Assembly: GCA_951406725.2 (NCBI GenBank)
Contig: OX597816.1
Location: 150,784,001-150,848,000 of the forward strand
DNA length: 64,000 bases
From: Octopus vulgaris
Taxonomy: Eukaryota
Reading direction: 5' to 3'
A program made the position numbers and the translations under genes. Positions within the stretch are counted from its first letter, which is position 1; each line of letters starts with the position of its first letter. This document shows, piece by piece, positions 50,492 to 62,213 of the stretch. The notes under the pieces are model-generated. The model was not told the origin of the DNA. It was given only the letters and a program-made list of their open reading frames with translations, and ran no database searches.

Positions 50492-52519
50492 ATATATGAC
50501 AAGCTTCTTTTCAGTTTTCATATAGCAGTTCCACTCACAAAGCATTGGGCAGCCCAAGGTTACAGTTGAAGACATTTGTCTAAAGTGCTATGCAATGGGA
50601 CTGAACCTGGAATCACATTGTTATGAAATGAACTTTGCATCCAGAAAGCCATGATTGCACATTTTATTATTATTATTATTAAAGAAATCACCAGCATTGT
50701 TATCATCTTCCCCAAAAGTTGTCATCTGCCCCAAAACCCATGAGTGTCTCCTCCCTATTGAGGATTACACATTGTTTTTGTTTTTTTTTCAAATTTTATT
50801 CTTGTTTACACACAAAACCTTCACAACTACATACATACACACACACACACATTTTTTTTTTGTTTTGTCCTGTGCTTTCCATAATGTTTTTCTTCATGTA
50901 AACTCTTGTGGTTAATAAAGAAATCATTATTATCATCATTATTGTTTTAATTTTTTTTATTTTGTATTATTGAAGTAACTTAAATTCTCATAGTCACATA
51001 GATATCAAAGAACAGCAGATATCTAATCTTGTTCATTATGGATTTAATAGTTTAGTTAGCCTCCTCCTCTCCATTCCTATGTATAATTTTAGTAGAAAAT
51101 AACTAAGTAGATAATGTACCATCCTTAGTACTGACATTACTGATATTCTTGATAGGGCCAAGGTTATATTGTTTCTGTAGGCAAAACTCTTTCTTGTCCC
51201 CAGTTTTAGTGGAGCAGCTGGTAACAATCTTTCCATTTCATAGTTCATATTGTAAATTTGCAGATTTTATGAAAGCTTTTCATGTTAACCTGAAACAGAT
51301 GAATTAACTGGATCATATTATCGAGTCATACAGTATATACAAGCATTGAGTTACAGACTTTGAAATAGTAATGATAATGATGATATACTAATTAGTAATT
51401 TCATTTATACTGCAGATTGTTTAGTTTTTTTTTATTGGGCTGTATAATCTGAACTACAAGGTTTATTGATTTCAGAAATCTGTCTATTTAGCTTTGAAAT
51501 GTAGTGTGGGGGAATTAATTAACAAATATTTTAGTTAAATACTATGGTTCTCATTATTACCTGTGCATTGTGCACAGTAGATCAAGTTGATGGGTTATTA
51601 GACTATTAGTTAAGTAGTTGACATCTTGTCAATTGCTCTGTCTTGTGCCCATAAAGATACTAAGTTATTATTGTAAATAGGTATCGTGCAATAAGTGCAC
51701 TTTATACTATACCAGTGGGAGCTCTATAAGTCTTTTTATTAGCTTAGACTGCTGATCCTTTTGGCAGAGTTGCTATAGAATTGCTATAAACATTTTCTCT
51801 ACTTCCTAGTGAATCACTAGTGTATGAGGTCTACTACTTTTTTTTTGTGATATGGTCGTATAGTTAAATTTGTTTTGTGGTTACATGGTACCAAATTTGT
51901 TTCCACTGTACAGTACCTTGGGTGAGCATTTTTTTAATCAAAAGGGCCAGAATAGCTAAAGCTTTGTGAGTAAACAGAATCTCACTAGATGGATGGGCTG
52001 TACCTATTGGGTGGTAGACATTGGTTTCACACCACCACTTGGACCTTTAATGGAATATACTTTGTTGCAAGTATGCAGACTAGATCTCCATTTGTTGTGG
52101 TCTCTTCTATCCCATCCCTCCACCTATCTCAGGAGCCTTGCAAAATGGTCTTTCTTCCTCTCCATGAAAAAATGGTTAAATAATTCAAGTTTCAAATTTG
52201 TGTTCTGTTAATTATTGATTTGTGAATTCTTTGGCAAGAATAATGGTAGTTAGTTTGTATTCACCCTTCTGTATTTATTTGTTATTCTGAGTTTTAATTT
52301 TTTCTTTAGGCCCTTTTAAATTTCAAGAATAGACAACTATCTGGTTAATTTTCAGCTTGAATTGTGAAAGTTGAAAGTAATTCAAATGAAGCTTAACTTC
52401 ACACAGTTATCCCACTTCAAATCGTGCACAAGAAGAGGCATTATAAAATGAGTATAGTTGTTGAATGATAGATTGAACATCTTTAGTACAATATCTAAGA
52501 GTGTTAGATGTAATAGTGT

Positions 52520-53012
52520 CATTCATTGTCATCATGTCTGTTTATGCTGGCATGGGTTGGATGGTTTGATCGGGTTAGCATGCTGGAAGGCTGCACCAGA
52601 TTCCAGTCTGATTTGGCATGGTTTTCTACAGCTGGATGCTCTTCCTAATGCCAACCACTCCAAGAATGTTATGGCTGCTTTTACGTCTCACCAGCGTGGG
52701 TGCCATTTGCATGACACGAGTGCTTTTGCATGCCACCAGCATGGATACCAATTTGCATGACACCAGTATCTGCCATCACTGATTTTGCTTGGCTTCATGG
52801 GTGTCCTTTCAAGCACAACATAATGCCAAAGGTCTTGGTCATTGCTCCCTTGAGGCCCAACACTTCAAAGGAACTCTGCCACTTTGCCTCTGTGAGGCCC
52901 AATGCTTGAAAGGAACTCAGCCACTTTGCATCCGTGAGACCCAGCGCTCGAAAGGAACTCAGCTGCTTTGCCTCTGTAAGGCCCAGCAATCGAAAGGAAT
53001 GAGGCTCAATGC
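52520..53012 (-). mobile_element. RTE 3' UTR fragment with ~42-bp minisatellite
   Basis: Reverse RTE tail at 52530-52690; TGAGGCCCAA...AAAGGAACTCAGCCACTTTGC units repeat at 52851-53010. Confidence 0.8.
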
Positions 53013-53768
53013 TTGAATAGCTTATTGGGAGTAAAAAATGAGTAGTCAACCAACTGAGATTGGTATAGAAACAGTAGTAAAGACAAACAAATTACTTAAT
53101 GGTAGTCTATTAGTTGAGGAAATACTACTGAGATTTGCTAATTTATATGTTTACCCTCAGATCTAACAGATTAACCTTTGTTTCTTTCTCTACATTTTGT
53201 TATCCTTACTGTTGCTTTCCTTAAAATCAGCCGTAGGTTGTAGAGATGCCATTATTTTGAAATTTGTTGAAGTTTTCAAAAATGGAATAGAAGGATGACA
53301 CTACACAATTTTTTCATTTGCAAATTTTCCAACTTCAAATTCCTTGTAGTTTGATTTCACCTTTAATTTTTCCAAGATAGGTGATGTAACTATTACTGAT
53401 ATAAAAATTTTAAAACTTTCAGCCACCACCAAATATTTCATCAGCACGTATGTTATGCATAAGTCAGTCTGATAGAGCTGTTAGGGCTGATAATTGGAAC
53501 TGGAAGGATTATATGATATTTCTAAATTGGGAATTGTTTCGGAATCACAAACTCAGTGGTATATCTAGTTATACATTGAGTCAGCTCAAGTGCTTTTATT
53601 CCTGCTATACAAAAATTAGCTTTCTATCTCGCAACAAAACATTTCATAACTATGAGACAAAATATAAGTACTGTTGTAGGTTTGTATATACATTGTTATA
53701 CACATTGTTAAATGAAAAGCTGTTTATTTGTATATGTTATTCTTTTTTTTTCTATTTTTTTTTTGTAG

Positions 53769-53956
53769 ACATCAAGACCTAGTCGAGATTTGCCACTCGA
53801 TACATATCAGCGTCCACGGTCAAATACAGTTACACATAGTCCAACACTGGTGGAAAAATGTTTGCCAACAGTTTTCAGATGGGAGGGAGCAGCAAAAGAA
53901 GTCTGCTTGTCAGGGAGCTTCAACAACTGGAAAAATACAATACCCTTAGCTAAAAG
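53769..53956 (+). CDS. PRKAB: AMPK beta subunit exon encoding the start of the CBM48 glycogen-binding module
   Basis: TTTTGTAG| acceptor (phase 0), AG|GTAAGT donor (phase 2), 188 nt; ...CLPTVFRWEGAAKEVCLSGSFNNWKNTIPLAK(S) matches the PTVFRW.GGKEV.LSGSFNNW signature of AMPK beta. Confidence 0.95.
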
Positions 53957-55713
53957 GTAAGTACCTAGTTTTTGAAAAACTTATTTCAACATATACGCAC
54001 TTACCAAAAAGACAAAACTGATGGAATATTTCTTTTACTGAGTCTTTTTTGTTGCTATAGATTTTATGTAAATCAAAGATTGGGAAATGAGGTTCACTTT
54101 AAGAATTTATTTTGGATCCCCTTTCACATATTTCTTTATTAGTTAAAAGAGAATGGGCAGTTAGTTCTAACAAGTTATGGGGTCTTCTGACACTAGTTGG
54201 CCAAATCAATAAAGTACAAAGCAACCAACCAAATTGTTGATGGTTCATCATTTGCTACTGTGTTATGCCTGTAACAAAGGCTTTTAACTCTCAACAGTCA
54301 AATTCAGTTAGCTGTAGCAGGTATTACATGGTAGCAAATTTACTGCTGTAATCAGCTTCAAAAATATAAAAGTTTTTGTTAGTTCACAATATTGCTTACA
54401 ATTCTACATGTGGTCTTGGAGCAGACAGTGAGGAATCATTTCAGTCTACTTATTTAAAAGTTTGAATATACTGCATGTAGACTGCAAGATATTCCTTCAG
54501 TGATATGCTCAGCTACCACTATGCAACAAAGTTACATGGCCCAGCTGGAAGAAGATAATCCCAACAGGCTGTTGTAGTAGTAGTAGTAGTAGAGCTTTGT
54601 ACTATCTTGTATGCTGAACTGTTTCATAACCAATTCTATCTCACTTTAAATAGGTACTTTAAATAGTTAAAGCTGTAAGTAGTCTGACTGAACAAGTGTA
54701 AGTGTAGAATGAACAAGTTTGCAATACTGAGTTGAAATCTTGCCATGAAGAAGAGAAATGAACTTAGAGATACTGATTTGCCTGAGATATATGTCTTTAA
54801 CTCTTTCGATATCAGCCTGTCTCTTCTTTATAATACAAAACTTTTACTTTTAAAGTGTTTATATTGAAATTAGAACCTTCCATTTTAAGAACCTTTCCGT
54901 TTTGTTTCAAACACCAACTTAATGAGAAAGAATTTTATTTTACTAAAACCTCACAAATTCTTGATATTTTTTACCCCCTCCTGAAAATTCATTGAAACAG
55001 TGCAATTTATTAGAAATGTTGTCACAAGTATAAGAAGTACTCCCAAAATCCAATAAGTTATGGCCTCACCTTTAAATGTAAGGGATGGAGAAATATATTT
55101 GCCTGGATTCAGTGCAATTTTTTACGATTTCATTCAGAGGATTGAGATAGATTTTTTTTTCCTTCTCAAATTTGTATACTATTGTGGTAGCAGGAGAGGG
55201 GACAACATAAAGTGGATTTAATTGAGGCTAGTATGCAATCAATGTTAAAAAAAAAAAAAGTATTGTAAGACAGGAGAATGCTAGTTTGGAGACAGAGTAA
55301 AGAACTGCTAGATTAATGGTGATTGAATTCACTGGTTTTTACAGAAATGAGTAGGATAATGAATATATTAGGATTTAGGATATTCATTGAAATAGGGCAG
55401 AGGGGCTAGTGAAGGTATATGTCAATACAAAATTGGGTTGTGAATAAGGTATGTGTTTGAGCACGTCTTCCTCGGGCAAGCTGCCTTAATGTTAGTTTCT
55501 GCTGTATATCTCACCAACTTATGACTTCTTATTAGAAATAAAATCTACTCTTCTTATCGTAAATAGTTGTTAGAAAATTCCAATCAGAACAATTCAGCTT
55601 ATTAACTCTGAAGGTTCCTCAGTTTTTTTTTTTTTTAATTTTTTTTATAAGTTGGTTCTCTATTTTTGTTTGTTGTATTAGGTATTATTGTTACATCTAT
55701 TTTGTTTCTTCAG

Positions 55714-55761
55714 CACTGTACGACTAACAGACAGAGGCAGACAGAGACACGATTCTGATGG
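55714..55761 (+). CDS. PRKAB: Candidate 48-nt in-frame microexon of AMPK beta
   Basis: Long T-rich tract and TTTCTTCAG| acceptor, GG|GTAAAT donor, phase 2-2, open in the required frame: (S)TVRLTDRGRQRHDSD(G). Confidence 0.55.
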
Positions 55762-56267
55762 GTAAATTTAACAATTTTTTTTTAAAAATCTCTCTCCCTA
55801 ACTGCTAAAACTGGTAAGATTTTGTAGTAATACAGGTAAAAGAAAAAATGAAATTGGCTACAATACTGAAGAAATTGAAAAAACAGATTTATTCAATAGT
55901 TTAGCTTTATTAAATCTTAATCCCGAAATGGAAAAAAAACCTCAATAAATCTGTTTTTCTATTGCTTTAACATTGTGGTAACTTTCATCACTCTTTTTTG
56001 CATATATCTGAAACTGATGTAGTTTTTCTTCTATCCTACTATAGTGTTAGCTTAGTAATTGCTATCAAAATGAATTAGACTTTTGTACATTCTCAAAAAT
56101 ACTACACATACACACTGTACTAGGTACTGCATCCATAAAGACAGAGAACTCAATACATTTGTAGAGTAGTGTTTTATTATAGGCATAATGAAATTCCTAG
56201 TTTCCCTGTCAGGGACAAAACTACTAGTTACAGCATGACATTGAATTTTCCAGTATCCACAATATAC

Positions 56268-56430
56268 AGGTGCAGACATAGCTGTGTGGTTGAGAAGTTC
56301 TTCTCCTAATCATGTGGTTTAGGGTTCAGACTCACTGCATGGCATCATGGGTAAATGTCTTTTCCTATAGCCCTGGGTTGACCAAAGCCTGGAGAGTGGA
56401 TTTGGCAGACAGAAACTGAAAGAAGCCCAC
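56268..56430 (+). mobile_element. tRNA-derived SINE head and core
   Basis: GGTGCAGACATAGCTGTGTGGTT...GGTTCAGACTC...GACCAAAGCC...GTGGATTTGGCAGACAGAAACTGAAAGAAGCCC. Confidence 0.75.
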
Positions 56431-56659
56431 TGTTTGTTTGTGGGTTTCTGTATTTGGTTTGTAAGATTCTTGATGTGGACTTGTGTGTTTTGTCGTATCT
56501 TGGGAAGTTCATTATGTCAATAACACACAAAATGGTTCTATTTCATTTTAATTTTTTATGTCAATTAGCTATTTCACCAGTTCACTAATCAATTGTTTGA
56601 TTAATCATTCAGTCCATTTGATCTATACAAGCACAGAAAAAAAAAGGATTTTATCTCTA

Positions 56660-56965
56660 TGTGCCGGTGGCACGTAAAAAGCACCGTCCATTGCCAGCCT
56701 CGCCTGGCCCTCGTGCCGGTGGCACATAAAAAGCACCATCTGTTCGTGGCCGTTTGCCAGCTCTGTCTGGCACCTGTGCGGGTGGCACGTAAAAAGCACC
56801 CACTACACTCACGGAGAGGTTGGCGTTAGGAAGGGCATCCAGCCGTAGAAACACTGCCAGATTTGACTGGGCCTGATTAAGCCTTCTGGCTTCACAGACC
56901 CCAGTAGAACCGTCCAACCCATGCTAGCATGGAAAACGGACGCTAAACGATGATGATGATGATGA
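56660..56965 (+). mobile_element. Young-looking 5'-truncated RTE 3' tail
   Basis: GTGCCGGTGGCACGTAAAAAGCACC repeats with CpGs retained; ends GGAAAACGGACGCTAAACGATGATGATG. Confidence 0.85.
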
Positions 56966-57959
56966 TAGGGACTGAGATATCTGGTGATTTGCTGTGCATG
57001 CTTAGAACATGCCCATCTATACATACAATCATGTCCATCTGTTAGTCAAGAGGTCCTGGTCTTGCAGGCTTGTGAGCGCTGGTGCCACATAAAATCTCCA
57101 ATGCTGGTGCCATGTAAGAAGCACCAATGTTGGTGCAACATAACAAGCACACACACATACACACATGAAAAGCTTTTATACAATTTCCATTTGCCAAATT
57201 TCACTTACAAGGCTTTGGTTATTAGCAGAGAATACTTGCCTGTGATGCTATGCAGTGTGATGGAACCTGAAACTCTGGTTGTGAAGTGGACTGGCAATCA
57301 TATCTGCCTTATATGTGTGTTTGTATCTATGTATGCATGTGTAATAGATTAAATTGATAGACAGGTAAACAACAGGTATCAGTTCATATTCTGACATTTG
57401 TATATTTGTACAACACAGGGAGAAAAGTATGCTTTAAGGACTTTAAATCACAAGAGGTCAGTAAAAGTTCCACCCAGGAATGTTCATAATGGTTGCTATC
57501 TATGCTGGTATACTTTCAGAATAGTTATAAGATAAGGCTGTAGTATTGATATTACACAGTAGGTAAAGGCAGGTCAAAACAGGTAAAACTTTAAAAATGA
57601 ATGAGAGGTAGTGAGGTGTGCAAATTGTCCTTACAGCTGTTTCAAGAATAGTTATGTAATTTGGTTTAGTTCTCTGCGAGCTCTCTGCAACCAGTATTTT
57701 AGTGGTGCTCTATTCCATTTGCAGAGGGAAAGTGCATTGGGACTCAGGAGATGAATATAACTATTCTAGAAGTATACCAGTATGTCACAACCACTGTGAA
57801 CATTACTGAATGGAACTTTTTACTGATCTTTTGGCATTTAAACTTTTGAAGCATTTGTTTCTCCCTTTGTGTTGTATAAATATGTCTGAATCTGAACTGT
57901 TACCTGTTTGCCTTCTATCTTTTTATTCTATTATATATATGTGTACCACCTTGATTGAT

Positions 57960-58325
57960 ATAATGCCTGGGCCTCATGGAGGCAATTCTGGTGTCATGTA
58001 ACTGGCACCCTAGCTGGTGGCACATAAAAAGCACTTTTTGGACATTGGGCCTCATGGAGGCAATAAATGACTGAGATCTTTGGTGATAGGTCGTGCTTGA
58101 GAAGACCCATCAAGCCAAGTGAAATCCTAGCTTTGATATGTAAAAAGCACCCATTACACTCTTGGAGTGGTTAGCATGAGGAAGGGCATCCGGCTGTAGA
58201 AACCATGCCAAATCAGATTAGAACCTCATGTAGTCCTTCAGCTTACCAGTTTCAGTCATACCGACCAACCCGTGCCAGCATGGAAAGTGGATGTTAAATA
58301 ATAATGATGATGATGATTATGATGC
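57960..58325 (+). mobile_element. RTE 3' UTR/tail fragment
   Basis: GCTTGAGAAGACCCATCAAGCCAAGTG...GGAAGGGCATCCGGCTGTAGAAACC...GCATGGAAAGTGGATGTTAAA. Confidence 0.75.
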
Positions 58326-60157
58326 ATCCTGGTATTTTAAGTTGCTTTTAAAGTGTTGGAGTTTAAGCATGAAACTGATTTGAGCACTATGATGTGTACC
58401 TATTATTTTACATCATATTACATGAAATTAATATATAATCTCACAATGGAGAATGCTAACTATAACTCAGTGACTGTGAAGTGAGTTTCACAAACATTGT
58501 ACTATGGTTGCCTTTTCTTTGTCAACAAGTCACTCATTAGCTCTGTGTTTTGAAGACATACATAATGAAAAACTCTGGCTTGAAATGCAGGTTAAGAGGC
58601 AGGAAGAGCATCTGGCTGTAAAAAAAACAGTACTTCAACAATATGTATTTATCTAATCCATGCTAGCGTAGAAAAAACAGTTGTAAAAACAAATGAACAT
58701 AGATATACTTACATAAATTCAATTATAATCAGCAAGTATTAAATATAAATGCACACACTGTGCAGACTGGCTTGCTTTCCAACTAAATCTGAGTTGCATG
58801 GATAAATTGCTTTTAAGAAAATGCTTTTAGCTTAATGTTTTAAACTTTTATTCTAATTTCTATGAATGGTGACTGCTTAAAAGTCACTGCTTAAAGCTTC
58901 TAACCAACTAAATTTCACCTTTACTAATTCTAATCATTATTAGCTTGACCTACCAGTAATGACCTTGAAATTCAAATTCCTTAAGTTTTAAGTATCATGG
59001 CAGTATAGGTTTTCTTTAACCTCTCCTACCAAAAAGATGAAAAAAAAAGGAAAGAAACTGCTAAATGACAAAATGAGTTTTGTATATTTGCATCCAAAAC
59101 TACATCTTTCAAAACTTTAAACTGCTAGTAAGTTGTATACAGCAGAAGGTAAGCATACTTTTAAGTTGTGTGTGACTTAGTTTTGCTTCCTGGTTGTGGC
59201 TATTTCCCTTCACATATATTGCTAAAGCCAATTCCTATTTTCCCTTTTCCTCAAAGTCAATAAGATTGTCTATTGATAGATATATCTCTGATTTCAGGAA
59301 GTCGAGCAATTTACTTTTCTTTCATAGTACATATGTCAGATAAACAAATTTTGTTTTCTTTCGATCTGGTTCACATGCTCCAGATTTGTAGGGGAGAGGG
59401 AGGAACAAGATGGGAAATGGATTTGTAACTCGAGGGCTTTATCTACATAAGAGATTAGTTGAGTAACATTAACTGAACAATTCAAGATACACAATTCTGT
59501 CTGATGTATTCCATTTCTTCTGAAGTTCTAACTTGTTTGTTAAGTTACAGTTTCAGTTCTTTGATGACGTTTTTATTCCATTAAAGCTAATGTTAATTTA
59601 CTTGTGACTTTTTTTCTTTCATATTTATAAAAATAATCCCCTTCCAGAATAATTTTCATGAGCCTTCTGTTATGTATCTTTATCATTTATTTTTTTTTTA
59701 TTTATTAATGCTTTCTATAATTTATTTAGAAATAATCTTGGTCTTTCTTTGAATATAATTCTTCAATTTACAAGAGCTACTTATATAATTTACATATATT
59801 AAATACATTACTTCTTGAAAATCTTTGTAGTTGTGTTTTCACAATTTGAACAGAGAAAGTTGACAATGCATAATATGAATGAAATTTATTTTTTATTTTT
59901 GTTACACATTTTATTCTTAAGTCAGTTTTATTTTCTGTCTAAAGGGGATCAAATTGGGTAGATTGTATAGATTTGATTTCTTTTTACTGAAATATATTTT
60001 ACTTTAAATGCAAACTATACTTACCAGTTTTTATTGATATTTAACTCCTACCTCCTCAGCAAAAATATTTCCAAGTCACTGAAAAAGTTGGTGCACCTTT
60101 TTGTCTGTTGACATTTATAGTGATGTTTTCAAAATTAGATAATACATCTTTGGCAAC

Positions 60158-61445
60158 AAGTACAGTGAAGAATTCCTGGTAGGGGCCCACCAAGGATCAG
60201 TCCTCAGTCCCCTCTTATTCATCATAGTCCTCTAGGCAATAACAGAGGAATTCAAGACAGGATGCCCCTGGGAGCTTCTCTATGCTGATGACTTTGTTCT
60301 AGTAACTGAGTCACTATCAGAACTAGAGAAGTTTGAGGTGTGGCTTTAGAGCCAATCTAGCAAAAACCAAAGCCTTAATAAGTAGAAAGGCAGACAAACC
60401 ACAAATCCCTTCAAGTAGATGGCCCTGCTTGATCTGTAGAAAAGGTATAGGTAGAAACTCCATAAGATGTACCTGGTGTAAGCTATGGACATGTAAGAGG
60501 TGCAGCAATATCAAAGGAAGGCTAACTAGGAAGATAGATTTTGTGTGTGGCAAATGCTCAGGGGCAATAAACCCTGAAAATGTGCAGAAAACGAGTAAAA
60601 GGTAACTGTATGACACATGTGTGCAAGCAGCCATGCTACATTGCAGTGAAGCATGGGCCGTGACTGGTGAGGACATGCGTAAGCTTGCAAGGAATGAAGC
60701 TAGTATGCTTCGCTGGATGTGTAATGTAAGTGTGCATTCAGGACAGAGTGTAAGTGCTCTGAGAGAAAAGTTGGACATAAGAAACATCAGATGGGGTGTG
60801 CAAAAGACAACTGCACTGGTATGGTCATGTGTTGCAGATGGATGAGGACAGCTGTGTGAAAAAGTGTTACACCCTAGCAGTTGAGGGAACCTGTGGAAAA
60901 GGTAGACCCAGGAAGACCTGGGATGATGTGTTGAAGCATGACCTCTGAATGTTGGGCCTCATAGAGGCAATGACAAGTGACCGAGACCTCTGGAGATATG
61001 CTGTGCTTGAGAAGACCCAGCAAGCCAAGTGAGACTGTAACTGTGGGGCCTTTGCCAGTGCAGCATAACCAGCCCATTTAAGAGTACCCTTCAATGATTG
61101 GGCAATAAACTGCGCTTGTGAAGACCTGTTGAGGCAAGTGAAGTCGTCATCGTGGTCAATGACAGTACTGCCTGATTGGCACCCGTGCGGGTAGCACGTA
61201 AAAAGCACCATTCGAGCTTGTTTGTTGCCAGTGCTGTCTGACTGGCTCCCATGCCAGTGGCACATAAAATGCACTATTTAAGCATGGCTGATGCCAGTAC
61301 TGCCTGACTGGCCCTTGTGCCAGTGGCATGTAAAAAGCATCCACTACACTCTCTGGTGCAGTCTTCTGGCTTGCCAGCCTTCAGTCAAACTGTGCAGCCC
61401 ATGCCAACATGGAAAATGGATGTTAAATGACAATGGTGATGATGT
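60158..61445 (+). mobile_element. RTE-clade LINE, 5'-truncated with internal deletions
   Basis: HQGSVLSPLLFIIVL, WELLYADD (60281-60292), NLAKTK, Cys finger, RWMCNVSV, GRPRKTW, 3' UTR repeats and tail. Confidence 0.92.
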
Positions 61446-62142
61446 TATGAATACCACTTCATTTAATTAAAAAGCATTTTGTTTGCAATGTTATTAATCT
61501 CATTGCATTTTGGGGAGTTTACTTTGAGCTTGTGTTATTTTTCTATGCTTATAAAAATTTAATTTTTTTTTTCTAGATAAATGGAAAAACTTTTGAGATT
61601 AGATATAGTTTTAATAAAACCGACATGGTTGCACACACACACACTTGTATATGAACTCTCAGAAAGAAATGCAACACAATGCCTATAGTGAAATAAATTT
61701 CTGGTTGCTATGGAACAGCTTATTTATTTAACAAATCTCAGAGTTAGCATCAGGAAGAGAATTTGGTTATAAAATAATGCTTCAATCCCATTTAACCTAT
61801 GCTAAGATGGAAAATGGAGGAGAAATAAATGAACAAGGGAGAAAAATAGCCTTATCCAGTCAGTTGTGTTTTCTAAGAAATTTTTCTTCTCAGGGTAAAG
61901 CAACATCTTGTAAAATATTGATGTTTTATTAAGAAGGTGATTTTGTAAAACAAAAGTATTCATTTCATATTTTTTCAAATTAAACTAAGTGGTTTATTAA
62001 ATCTATATAAAATTCTGTAATTCTTTGGATTTTTTTTTTTGATGTTTCATAGTGAAATGAAGGCATGACAATAATATTTCTAAAACTTACTCTTCTTATA
62101 TAAACATGCATCATATGACATTTTATATATATATATATATAT

Positions 62143-62173
62143 AACGGACGTTAAACGACGATGATGATGATGA

Positions 62174-62176
<3 letters not shown>
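62143..62176 (+). mobile_element. Ultra-short RTE 3' terminus inserted in (TA)n
   Basis: (TA)n-AACGGACGTTAAACGACGATGATGATGATGATG-(AT)n. Confidence 0.75.
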
Positions 62177-62213
<37 letters not shown>

